DNA from: an uncultured Planctomycetales bacterium | GTDB lineage: Bacteria; Planctomycetota; Phycisphaerae; UBA1845; Fen-1342 | Direction: 5' to 3' | Length of the DNA stretch: 44,445 nt | NCBI GenBank assembly: GCA_964532435.1 | Contig: CAZHIE010000003.1 | Location: 1 to 44,445 of the forward strand | In this document: one piece after another, positions 34,228 to 43,001 of the stretch | Numbering within the stretch: position 1 is the stretch's first letter | Layout of the letters: each line of letters starts with the position of its first letter | Program-made: the position numbers and the translations under genes | The notes under the pieces: generated by a model | The model's database searches: none | The model's input: only the letters and a program-made list of their open reading frames with translations | Told to the model about the DNA's origin: nothing

Positions 34228-37101
34228 CGGCGAGCCGCGCGACGCGACGCCGCGCTCGGTCCCGCCGCCTTCGCCGCTCTCGCTTCCGAGCGGCCCGAAC
34301 GCGCCGCTCACCACGCGCTCCTGTTCGATGCGGTGGCTCGCGCCCGAGCCCGTGGCCGGGCTGGCCGCCGCCGGGCGCGACACGCACGTCCACGGAAAGC
34401 GCCCCAGCAGCCGCTCGCCATAGAGAATCCGCAAAAACCGCCAGGCGCCCATGTTTTCCGGCTCTTCCTGCACCCACACCGCCGGCGTGTCGTCGGCGAA
34501 GCCGGCCAGAGCCTGGCGCAGCGCATCGGTCGGCAGCGGGTAAAGCTGCTCAACGCGGATGATCGCTACGTCGCCGCGCTTCCGTTCGTTCCGCGCCTTG
34601 TCGAGCTCGTAGTAAATCTTTCCGGTGCAGAGAAGGATGCGCTTCACGTCCGGCCGCACCGCATGGTCGCCGTTGCCGTTCGATGGGCGCGGGCCGGCCT
34701 GCGCTTCGCCCATCGGCGTGTCGGCGATCACGCGCTGGAAGTCGCCCTGCGCGAATTCGGAGAGCGGCGAGACCACCAGCGGATTCCGCAGCATGCTCTT
34801 GGGCGTCATCACTACCAGCGGCTTGCGCCATTTACGCAGCACCTGCCGCCGCAGCAGGTGGAAGAGCTGCGCCGGCGTGCTCGGATACGCGACCTGCATG
34901 TTGTCGCCGGCGCAGAGCGACAGGAATCGCTCCGGCCGGGCGCTGCTGTGCTCGGGCCCCTGCCCCTCGAAGCCGTGCGGCAGGAGCACGACCAGCCCGC
35001 TCAGACGGTTCCACTTGTCCTCGGCCGAGCAGAGGAACTGGTCGAAGATGACCTGCGCGACGTTGGCGAAGTCGCCGAATTGCGCCTCCCACATCACAAG
35101 CCCGTCGGGACAATCGAGGCTGTAGCCATAGTCGAAGCCGAGCACGCCGATCTCGCTCAACGGGCTGTTGATCAGCTCGACGGCGCCCTGGTTTTTGCCC
35201 AAATTCTGAAACGGGCAGAACGATTGCCCGGTTTCAAAATCGTGGAAAACGCCGTGGCGATGGCTGAACGTGCCGCGCTGGCTGTCCTGCCCGCTCAGGC
35301 GGATGCGCACGCCCTCGGCCGCAAGCGTCGCCAGCGCGAGCGACTCGCCGCCCGACCAGTCGAGCGGGCGTTTGCCGGCGGCCATCTCGCGGCGCGCTTC
35401 GAGGAACTTGGCGATTTTCGGATGCGCGCGGAAACCGGGCGGAAGCTGCGTCAGTTGCTCCAGCGTCTGGCGGGCGCGCTCCGGCGAGACGGCCGTCGTC
35501 ACGTCGACCGCGTCGCTCTCCGGGCCGCCGGCGTAGCCGGCCCACACCGCGCTGACGCCGACGTGCCGATACTGGTAATCCTCGCGCCGCGCGATCGTCA
35601 GTTCCTGCTCCAGGCTCGCCTTGCGCTCGTCGGCGATTCGGGCGGCCTCTTCCGGCGCGACGCCGCCCAGCTTCAGCAGCCGCTCCAGGTACGCGTCGCG
35701 CACGCTGGGCCGCTGCTCGATCGCGCGGTACATCAGCGGTTGCGTAAACTGCGGCTCGTCGCCCTCGTTGTGCCCGCGCCGGCGATAGCAGTACATGTCG
35801 ATCACGACGTCCTTGCGATACTTGGCACGATAATCGAGCGCGATGTCGACCACCTGCGCGACCGCCTCCGGATCTTCGCCGTTGACGTGAAAAATCGGAA
35901 TATGCAGCATCTTGGCGACTGCGGTCGCGTACGTGCTCGATCGCCCCTCGGCCGGGCTGGTCGTGAACCCGATCTGGTTGTTGACGACGACGTGCAGCGT
36001 GCCGCCCGTCGTGTAGCCGGGCAATTCGCTGAGGTTGAGCGTCTCCTGGACGACGCCTTCGCCCGCGAAGGCCGCGTCGCCGTGGATCAGCACCACCAGC
36101 CCGCGCTCGCCGCGCACGTCGCCGCTGCGGTCCTGCTTGGCGCGCATCCGCCCGAGCGCCACCGGGTTGACGAACTCCAGGTGGCTGGGGTTGAAGCACA
36201 GCGAGAGCGCCACGCGCCGCCCCGTCGCCGCGGTCCATTCGCCGTTGTAGCCGAGGTGATACTTCACGTCGCCGCGCCCGCCCAGGTGCAGGGCCGGGTC
36301 GGCGTCCTCAAACTCGCGGAAAATCTGCTGCGCGCTCTTGCCCATCACGTTCGCCAGCACGTTGAGCCGGCCGCGATGCGCCATGCCGAGCACGATCTCC
36401 ACCACGCCCTGCTCGGCGGCTTTCTCGATGGACAGGTCGAGCAGCGGGATGAGGCTTTCCGCGCCTTCGAGCGAAAACGTCTTGGCGCCCAGATACTTCT
36501 TCTGGATGAACTGCTCGAAGATCACCGCGTCGGTCAGCCGCGTCAGGATGCGCAACTGCGTCTGGCGGCTCAGGCGGATGTGATTCTCCGACGACTCCAT
36601 CCGGTCCTGAAGCCACTTGCGCACGCTGTGATCGTCGATGTGCATGAACTGTGCGCCGATGAACCGGCAATACGTGTTGTGCAGCAGCAACAGCACTTCG
36701 CGCAGCGAGCAGACCCGCCCGCCGCCCAGCGAGTCGAGCGAAACCGCCCGCTCCATGTCGGCCTCGGTGAAGCCGTAATAGCGCGGGTCAAGCTCGGGCG
36801 GAACGTCGCGCGGCTGCCCCAGCGGATCGAGACACGCGATGATGTGCCCCCGGACGCGGTAGTTCCGAATGAGCTGATCGACGCGCTGCTGGAGCACGGC
36901 GATCCCGACATCCTGCCGGCTGGTCCCCGCCCCGTGAAACAGGCTGCCCGGCGAGCCGCTCGGACCCACCCCGCCATGCCACGATGAGAAATACGTCTGC
37001 CACTCGGGACCGACGGCCTGCGCATCGCGCAGGTAATCGACGTAGAGCGCCTCGACATAGGCGAGGTTGCCGGCCGCCGGCTGCTGTCCGGGAGTACTCA
37101 T
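34174..37101 (-). CDS. sucA: 2-oxoglutarate dehydrogenase E1 component
   Basis: MSTPGQQPAAGNLAYVEALYVDYL... start at ATG 37101. Full-length SucA-like body (GMAHRGRLNVLAN, HGDAAFAGEGVV, LLPHGFEGQGPEHSSAR). The last ~45 aa, beyond ...HRIEQERVVSGAF, look like a non-conserved tail running into the tandem repeat. Confidence 0.9.
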   Translation of the reverse strand: MSTPGQQPAAGNLAYVEALYVDYLRDAQAVGPEWQTYFSSWHGGVGPSGSPGSLFHGAGTSRQDVGIAVLQQRVDQLIRNYRVRGHIIACLDPLGQPRDVPPELDPRYYGFTEADMERAVSLDSLGGGRVCSLREVLLLLHNTYCRFIGAQFMHIDDHSVRKWLQDRMESSENHIRLSRQTQLRILTRLTDAVIFEQFIQKKYLGAKTFSLEGAESLIPLLDLSIEKAAEQGVVEIVLGMAHRGRLNVLANVMGKSAQQIFREFEDADPALHLGGRGDVKYHLGYNGEWTAATGRRVALSLCFNPSHLEFVNPVALGRMRAKQDRSGDVRGERGLVVLIHGDAAFAGEGVVQETLNLSELPGYTTGGTLHVVVNNQIGFTTSPAEGRSSTYATAVAKMLHIPIFHVNGEDPEAVAQVVDIALDYRAKYRKDVVIDMYCYRRRGHNEGDEPQFTQPLMYRAIEQRPSVRDAYLERLLKLGGVAPEEAARIADERKASLEQELTIARREDYQYRHVGVSAVWAGYAGGPESDAVDVTTAVSPERARQTLEQLTQLPPGFRAHPKIAKFLEARREMAAGKRPLDWSGGESLALATLAAEGVRIRLSGQDSQRGTFSHRHGVFHDFETGQSFCPFQNLGKNQGAVELINSPLSEIGVLGFDYGYSLDCPDGLVMWEAQFGDFANVAQVIFDQFLCSAEDKWNRLSGLVVLLPHGFEGQGPEHSSARPERFLSLCAGDNMQVAYPSTPAQLFHLLRRQVLRKWRKPLVVMTPKSMLRNPLVVSPLSEFAQGDFQRVIADTPMGEAQAGPRPSNGNGDHAVRPDVKRILLCTGKIYYELDKARNERKRGDVAIIRVEQLYPLPTDALRQALAGFADDTPAVWVQEEPENMGAWRFLRILYGERLLGRFPWTCVSRPAAASPATGSGASHRIEQERVVSGAFGPLGSESGEGGGTERGVASRGSPALQSRERKRAIRSEPRA

Positions 37102-37355
37102 GGGGCTTTCTGCGCAAAGCGCGTAAGTCTCGATTCTGTCAGAGCATACAACCGGTTGCCAACCTGGCCCGCCCCCCGCGCCCCGGCGCACGCCGCGAAC
37201 CCGGTAGTGTATCGCGCGCCGCCGCCTGCGTCGAGGAAGCGCCCGACCCATCCGCCCGACAATCCCAACTATATTATCGGCCGAAGTGCCGCGGCGACCG
37301 TTGTTTCGGCGCGAGGAATGGGCGCGGCCGGGCGGCCGGTTCGGGAGTGCAGCGA

Positions 37356-40172
37356 ATGAACGCACTGTTGCGGAGTCGGAGCGCCGGCGGTGTCACTACG
37401 CTCTTGGCACTTTGTCTCTATTGCGCCCCGCAGGCGGTCGGCCAAAACGAGCCGTTCAAGAAGCTGGGCGAGTGCAACGTGCGCTGGGAGACTCCCAGCG
37501 CCGATTGCCACGGATCGATGCCGATCGGCAACGGCGACGTTGCGGCGAACGTCTGGTGGGAGGCGGGCGGCGACCTGTGCCTGCTCATCGCCAAGTCGGA
37601 TGCGTGGGACGACAACGCGCGGCTCGTGAAGGTGGGCAAGGTCCGCGTTCAATTCGCGCCGAATCCGGTCATCGGCAAGAAGTTCTCGCAACTGCTGGAC
37701 GTCGCATCCGCAACGGTGCGCTTCACGCTCGGCGAAATGCCGATGGCGACGCAGGTAAACGTCTGGGTCGACGCCAACCTGCCGGTGATCCACATCGACG
37801 TGTCCGCGTTTCAGCCGATCTCCGCCACCGCCGTCGTCGAGCCGTGGCGCACGCAACCCGAAGCGCTCGCGCACACCGAAATCGGAGACGGCAACTATGA
37901 GCACAACGTCCCCGGCAATCAGCATCTCCCGCTGATCGTCGAGCCCGACACGTTTCTAACCGGGCAGAGCGGCCGCATCGGCTGGTACCATCGCAACGTC
38001 AAGTCGATCGGCCCGGCGTTGTCGGCCGAGTTGCAAGACATGGCCGACTTCAAGCAGCCGGACCCGCTCTTGCACCGCACGTTCGGCGCGATTGTGCGCG
38101 CCGACGCCGCGCTGCGAATCGACGATCGAACGCTGCGCTCCGTGCCCGACATCAGCCACCGCTTCGACATCTTCGTCCATACGAAACACCCGGCCACCGG
38201 GGAAGAGTGGCTGGCCGAGGTCGAGCAGCGCATCGCGGAAGCGGACGCAACGCCATTCCTGCAACGGCGCGTCGCGCACGTCGATTGGTGGCGGAAGTTC
38301 TGGGAACGAAGCTGGATCTTTGTGTCGACGCCGAAGGGAGCGCGCGGCGCGGCGGCGTTCGCGGCGAACGATCACCCGGTTCGCGTCGGCGTCGATCAAG
38401 CTGGACAGAACCGGTTCGCCGGGCAGATCGGGCGCGTCAGCCTGTTTGAATACGCCCTTTCGGACGCCGCCGTCATTACGCTGGCCGCGCTGCCGCGCGA
38501 TCAGGTGGCGCCCGCCGCCGGCGAGCCGCGATTCAGCGTGCTGGACGGCGCGCAGCCCGAACCGCCGCTGACGGCGCTCGATCTGTCCCGCGGCCTGACG
38601 GTGGAAGCGTGGATTCGCCCGGAGCAGCTTCCGCCGGGCGGCGCTCGCATTCTCGACAAGACGACGCCCGGCGGCGTGGACGGCTTCCTGTTCGACACTT
38701 ATCCCGGCAACAGTCTGCGGCTGATCACGCGCGCCTGCACGGTGACAAAACGCGACTGTCTGCCCGTCGGCGAGTGGTCGCACGTCGCCGCGGTGGTCGA
38801 TCCGGCGCGCGGCGAGTTCCGGCTGATGATCAACGGCGCGGTCGTCGCGCAGCAGAAGCAGGAAATCATCGACGACGGGGCGGTCGTGTCGCGGGCGTAC
38901 GCGCTGCAACGCCTCATCACCGCCTGCGCCGGTCGCGGCGCGTATCCGATCAAGTTCAACGGATCGCTCTTCACCGTGCCGCACGAGGGCGGCCCCGGCG
39001 GGCCGGATTACCGCCGCTGGGGCGCTGGCTATTGGTGGCAGAACACGCGGCTGACGTATGTGCCGCTCTGCACGAGCGGCGACTTCGACCTGTTGGCGCC
39101 CCTGTGGCGCATGTACGCCGGCGTGCATCTGCCGATGGCGCTGCACCGCACGCGCAAGGTCTTCGGCCACGGCGGCGCGTTTCTCAACGAGTGCGCCTAC
39201 TTCTGGGGCGCGGCGTTCAACGAGTCGTATGGCTGGACGCCGCTCGAAAAGCGCGAGTGCCGCGAAAACGAAAGCCGCTGGCACCGCTGGGAGTGGCAGG
39301 GCGGCATCGAGCTGGTCTGGATGATGCTCGATGAATACGACCACACGCGCGACCAGACGTTTCTGCGCGAAACCCTGCTGCCGTTCGGCCGCGAAATCCT
39401 GACGTTCTACGACCTGCACTACCGCGACGACGAGCGCGGCCGCATCGTGATTCAGCCGGCTCAGGCGCTGGAGACGTGGTGGGATTGCACGAATCCGATG
39501 CCGGAGATCGCCGGCCTGCGAGCCGTGACGCAGCGACTGTTGGACCTGCCGGAGAGCGCCGCTGCGCCGGCCGAGCGCGAGCTGTGGAAACGCTTGCAGC
39601 GGCGGCTGCCCGATCTGCCGATGCGCGACGTGGACGGCAAGCGCACGCTCGCGCCGGCCGAGCGCTTTGACACGAAGCGAAACGTGGAGAACCCGGAGCT
39701 GTATGCGGTGTTTCCATATCGTCAGATGGCCGTTGGCGCGTCCGACCTGGCGCCGGCGCTGGAGGCGTTGCGGCGGCGCGAGGATCGCGGGCACAACGGC
39801 TGGCGTCAGGACGTCATTTTCATGGCGTATCTGGGGCTGTCGGACGACGCCGGCGCGGCGCTTGTGGAGCGGGCGCGCCGCTTCGACGCGGGTGAGCGAT
39901 TTCCCGCGTTCTGGGGGCCGAATTTCGACTGGACGCCGGATCAATGCCACGGCGGCGTGCTCATGAAGACGTTGCAGTCGATGCTGATTCAAACGGATGG
40001 CCAGCGCATTTTCGTCGCGCCTGCCTGGCCGGCCGAGTGGAACGCGGCGTTCCGGCTGTATGCGCCGGGTCAGACGATCGTGGAGGGCGAGATCGCGGGC
40101 GGGAAGATCACGTCGCTGAAAGTGACGCCGCCGGAGCGCGAGCGCGACGTTGTGCGAATGATCGGGCAGTGA
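37356..40172 (+). CDS. Secreted DUF5703-like / (alpha/alpha)6 glycoside-hydrolase-like protein with an inserted LamG-type module
   Basis: GGGAG RBS; signal peptide. N-terminus MPIGNGDVAANVWWEAGGDLCLLIAKSDAWDDNARLVKVGKVRV resembles DUF5703/GH95-like N-domains (from memory). Internal GLTVEAWIRPEQL...GEWSHVAAVVD...FRLMINGAVV is LamG/concanavalin-like. Confidence 0.7.
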   Translation: MNALLRSRSAGGVTTLLALCLYCAPQAVGQNEPFKKLGECNVRWETPSADCHGSMPIGNGDVAANVWWEAGGDLCLLIAKSDAWDDNARLVKVGKVRVQFAPNPVIGKKFSQLLDVASATVRFTLGEMPMATQVNVWVDANLPVIHIDVSAFQPISATAVVEPWRTQPEALAHTEIGDGNYEHNVPGNQHLPLIVEPDTFLTGQSGRIGWYHRNVKSIGPALSAELQDMADFKQPDPLLHRTFGAIVRADAALRIDDRTLRSVPDISHRFDIFVHTKHPATGEEWLAEVEQRIAEADATPFLQRRVAHVDWWRKFWERSWIFVSTPKGARGAAAFAANDHPVRVGVDQAGQNRFAGQIGRVSLFEYALSDAAVITLAALPRDQVAPAAGEPRFSVLDGAQPEPPLTALDLSRGLTVEAWIRPEQLPPGGARILDKTTPGGVDGFLFDTYPGNSLRLITRACTVTKRDCLPVGEWSHVAAVVDPARGEFRLMINGAVVAQQKQEIIDDGAVVSRAYALQRLITACAGRGAYPIKFNGSLFTVPHEGGPGGPDYRRWGAGYWWQNTRLTYVPLCTSGDFDLLAPLWRMYAGVHLPMALHRTRKVFGHGGAFLNECAYFWGAAFNESYGWTPLEKRECRENESRWHRWEWQGGIELVWMMLDEYDHTRDQTFLRETLLPFGREILTFYDLHYRDDERGRIVIQPAQALETWWDCTNPMPEIAGLRAVTQRLLDLPESAAAPAERELWKRLQRRLPDLPMRDVDGKRTLAPAERFDTKRNVENPELYAVFPYRQMAVGASDLAPALEALRRREDRGHNGWRQDVIFMAYLGLSDDAGAALVERARRFDAGERFPAFWGPNFDWTPDQCHGGVLMKTLQSMLIQTDGQRIFVAPAWPAEWNAAFRLYAPGQTIVEGEIAGGKITSLKVTPPERERDVVRMIGQ

Positions 40173-40178
40173 GGACGC

Positions 40179-40226
40179 CAATTCGGGAATGCGCGAACGC
40201 AGCAATTCGGGACTGCGGGAACGCAC
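40179..40226. repeat. Tandem 24-bp duplication (21/24 identical)
   Basis: CAATTCGGGAATGCGCGAACGCAG (40179-40202) and CAATTCGGGACTGCGGGAACGCAC (40203-40226), just after the stop of the hydrolase-like gene. Confidence 0.7.
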
Positions 40227-40369
40227 GCAGAGGCGCAGAGCACGCGGAGAATTGGGAGAGTGGAAGCACTGGGGCGGGTGCGGAGCGACTGGCAGGCGCT
40301 GCCGATCACACGTCCTGGCGCCGTCGAGCGCCAGGGGCCGCGCCTCGCGGCGCGCGATTCCATTTCAAA

Positions 40370-40444
40370 CGAGGCCGACGGGGCTCGAACCCGCAACCTC
40401 CGCCGTGACAGGGCGGCGCTCTGAACCAATTGAGCTACGGCCCC
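40370..40444 (-). tRNA. tRNA-Asp (anticodon GTC)
   Basis: The reverse complement GGGGCCGTAGCTCAATTGGTTCAGAGCGCCGCCCTGTCACGGCGGAGGTTGCGGGTTCGAGCCCCGTCGGCCTCG folds by hand into a cloverleaf. It has a 7-bp acceptor, GCTC/GAGC D stem, CCGCC/GGCGG anticodon stem, CTGTCAC loop and GTTCGAGC T loop. CCA is not encoded. Confidence 0.9.
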
Positions 40445-40740
40445 AACCGTCCGGCTCGGCCCGCAAGCGGGCCGAGACGATCTTGGGGAGCAGAGATTGT
40501 AATCGGTCGGGGGCATGTGTCAATTTCATCCGGCGGCCCAAACCAATGTCTGCCTGATTCCACTGGGGGAGATCCGCGACGGCACGCGTGCGAACGTCGC
40601 CGCGCAGTCGCCCGGACTCGGCTATTACGGGACGGCGCACGACGCTCACGCCGAAACCCCGCCGTCGCGCCCGATCGCTCTGAAACTCGGCTGCGCATTC
40701 GGACGATCATTCCCTTGGCACTGCGGCCGGAGGCGGATGC

Positions 40741-41205
40741 GTGGATGTCTCCTACATCAATCCGTTCATCGACAGCGTCGACACCGTGTTCACCGCGATG
40801 CTCGGCGTTCGCCCGCACCGCAACGCCGTCAAGGTCAGCGACGCGGCCCGCTGCGACGTCGAGCAGCTCACGTCGCTGATCGGAATCAGCGGGCAGTTCA
40901 GCGGCGTCGTCGCGCTGCGTTTCCCCCCGCCGACGGCGCTGGCGCTGGCCGGCCGGATGCTCGGCGCCCCGGTCGCGGTCGTCAACGACGAGGTCGTGGA
41001 CGCGATTTCGGAGCTGGTGAACATCGTGGCCGGCTGCGCCAAGGCGAAGTTCGCGCACGATCCGCCGCTCCAGCTTGGGTTGCCGACCGTCGTCGAGGGC
41101 TTCGGCTACAAGGTGAAATATCCGAGCCGCTCGATCTGGCTCGAAGTGCCGTTCTGCTCCGACGCCGGCGATTTCTGCATGGAAATGACGTACTGCCCGA
41201 ATTGA
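40741..41205 (+). CDS. cheX: CheX-like chemotaxis phosphatase
   Basis: GTG start 7 nt after GGAGG. DVSYINPFIDSVDTVFTAMLG...SLIGISGQFSGVVALRF...DAISELVNIVAGCAK matches the CheX family pattern. Confidence 0.8.
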   Translation: MDVSYINPFIDSVDTVFTAMLGVRPHRNAVKVSDAARCDVEQLTSLIGISGQFSGVVALRFPPPTALALAGRMLGAPVAVVNDEVVDAISELVNIVAGCAKAKFAHDPPLQLGLPTVVEGFGYKVKYPSRSIWLEVPFCSDAGDFCMEMTYCPN

Positions 41206-41215
41206 GGTGCGCGCG

Positions 41216-41584
41216 ATGAAGGCACTCGTGGTCGACGACTCCCTGACGATTCGCCGCATCGTGATCAAGGCGCTTCAGCTCGCAGGCATCGTCGAAACCG
41301 CGGAAGCGGGCGACGGCAGCGAAGCGCTGGAAATGCTCAAGGCCCAGCCGTTCGACCTGATCCTGCTCGATTGGAACATGCCCAAGCTGACCGGCATCGA
41401 GGCGCTCCGCGCGCTGCGGGCCGAGGGAAAGCGCACGCCCGTCATCATGGTCACCACCGAGGCCGAAAAAGGCCGCGTGCTCGAAGCGATCAAGTCGGGC
41501 GCCAACGACTATCTGATCAAGCCCTTCTCGCCGGAACAGCTCGCGGCCAAGGTGAAGACCGTGCTGGGGGCGGCGACCGCCTGA
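41216..41584 (+). CDS. cheY: Single-domain CheY-like response regulator
   Basis: MKALVVDDS..., phospho-acceptor context LILLDWNMP, VIMVTT, DYLIKPF. 10 nt after the cheX stop. Confidence 0.85.
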   Translation: MKALVVDDSLTIRRIVIKALQLAGIVETAEAGDGSEALEMLKAQPFDLILLDWNMPKLTGIEALRALRAEGKRTPVIMVTTEAEKGRVLEAIKSGANDYLIKPFSPEQLAAKVKTVLGAATA

Positions 41585-41622
41585 CCCGCACGAGCCGCGC
41601 GGCGCGGCCGCGGCGCGAGCGC

Positions 41623-42180
41623 TCAATCCCGCAGCGGCGACTTGCCGTGGGCGGCCCGAAGCCGGTTCGTCTCCTGCCACGCGCGCGGACTGCCCGCGAG
41701 GAATTTCGTCAGGCTCGACGAGCTTACGCCCAGCCACGCCGCGGCGTCCTGCGGGCGGGCCTCGAAAGCCGCCAGCGCGTCCAGCGCCATCGCGACAACG
41801 TGAAAGTACCCCGCGTTCGTCGGCGCCACGCGCAAGTGCCCGCCCGAGATTCTCACGCTGTCCGGCCATGCGGGCGCCGCAGGCAGCGGACAATGGAACG
41901 TGACCGCGATCAACTCGCGCAGCCGCCAGAGCGCGTTCGCCGCGTTCTCATGCTGCGAGCGGCGCTCCTGCCCGGTCGCCACCAGCCCGCTCGGGCCGTG
42001 CAGCAGCCGCACGGCCGACTCGGTCTTGTTGCGATGTTGCCCGCCCGGTCCGCGGACGCGCCGGGTCTGAAACACGCACTCGGCCCGCAGTTGCTCGTCG
42101 CTCAGATCGAGCCGGCGGCGCAGCGCCTCGGGCGGTTCGCGCGGCACGCCTTCCTGGGGACCGGATTGTGTCGTGCTCAT
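41623..42180 (-). CDS. GGQ-motif (RF-1 domain) peptidyl-tRNA hydrolase-like protein with a non-canonical C-terminal domain
   Basis: RRVRGPGGQHRNKTESAVRL...RSQHENAANALWRLRELI is a class I release factor / ArfB-type GGQ domain. The C-terminal ~95 aa are not the basic ArfB tail and contain an HTH-like AAAWLGVSSSSLTKFLAG. Confidence 0.7.
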   Translation of the reverse strand: MSTTQSGPQEGVPREPPEALRRRLDLSDEQLRAECVFQTRRVRGPGGQHRNKTESAVRLLHGPSGLVATGQERRSQHENAANALWRLRELIAVTFHCPLPAAPAWPDSVRISGGHLRVAPTNAGYFHVVAMALDALAAFEARPQDAAAWLGVSSSSLTKFLAGSPRAWQETNRLRAAHGKSPLRD

Positions 42181-42233
42181 GCCGCGCTCCTGCGCCGCGC
42201 CGCGGGGCGCAGGCGCCGGTACAATCCGCCGCC

Positions 42234-43001
42234 ATGCGAATCCTGCTCGTCAACGATGACGGCATTCTCGCCGCCGGCCTTGAGGGACTGTATCACGCCG
42301 TGCGCGACCTCGGCGACGTCGAGGTCGTCGCGCCGGAGACTTCCCAATCCGCCGTCGGCCATGCCATCACCGTCCTCTCGCCGATGGCGGTGCAGCGCGT
42401 TCACGTCAACAACGCATTCTGGGGCTGGAGCGTCGACGGCCGGCCGGCCGATTGCGTGAAGCTGGCGCTGATCGAGCTGCTCGGCTGGCGCCCGGATTTC
42501 GTGCTGAGCGGCATCAACCACGGCGCCAACACAGGCGTGAACGTCCTGTACAGCGGCACGGTGGCCGGCGCGGCCGAGGGCGCGTTCTTCGGCGTGCCGT
42601 CGATCGCCTTTTCGCTCGAACTCTCCCACGAGCTCGACTTTCACCGCGCCGGACGAGTCGCCCGGGCCGTATTTCAGCAGTTTGCCGCGGCCAAGCCGCC
42701 GCCCGGAATGTGCCTGAACGTCAACATTCCGGCCCTCGATCAGGGCTGGCCGCTCGGCGTGCGCTGCTGCGCCCAAGGCAAGGTCAACATGCAGGAGCAT
42801 TACCTCAAGTCCGTCGGTTCCGACGGGCGCGCGATCTACCGGCTCGACGGCCGCCTGCCCGACCACGATCACTCGCCCAACAACGACCTGATGGCGATCC
42901 GCGAGCGTTATGTCGCCGTGACGCCGCTCCATTTCAATCTCACCGACCGATCCATGCTGGGCGAAGTGGAAAGCTGGAAGTGGCCCGGCTCGTTTGAGTG
43001 A
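42234..43001 (+). CDS. surE: 5'/3'-nucleotidase SurE
   Basis: MRILLVNDDGI..., SGINHGANTGVNVLYSGTVAGAAEG; length typical of SurE. Confidence 0.9.
   Translation: MRILLVNDDGILAAGLEGLYHAVRDLGDVEVVAPETSQSAVGHAITVLSPMAVQRVHVNNAFWGWSVDGRPADCVKLALIELLGWRPDFVLSGINHGANTGVNVLYSGTVAGAAEGAFFGVPSIAFSLELSHELDFHRAGRVARAVFQQFAAAKPPPGMCLNVNIPALDQGWPLGVRCCAQGKVNMQEHYLKSVGSDGRAIYRLDGRLPDHDHSPNNDLMAIRERYVAVTPLHFNLTDRSMLGEVESWKWPGSFE

Noticed and set aside
40314-40352. Two GC hairpins downstream of tRNA-Asp (CCTGGCGC/GCGCCAGG and GCCGCG/CGCGGC) as intrinsic terminators.
   Set aside because: Neither is followed by a U-run on either strand. They could still be processing or termination signals in this lineage, but the sequence alone does not support the call.
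40173-40740. Genomic island or integrative element at tRNA-Asp.
   Set aside because: There is no integrase, no direct repeat of the tRNA 3' end, and no compositional break. The flanking genes (hydrolase-like, cheX/cheY) look like ordinary chromosomal genes.
42940-43001. 62-nt convergent overlap of surE and the gluconolactonase-family gene as a sign of mis-annotation or a pseudogene.
   Set aside because: Both frames carry intact family motifs up to near their ends. The lactonase tail after ...GVYRLRM is non-conserved-looking, so the overlap is probably just a late stop codon in GC-rich DNA.
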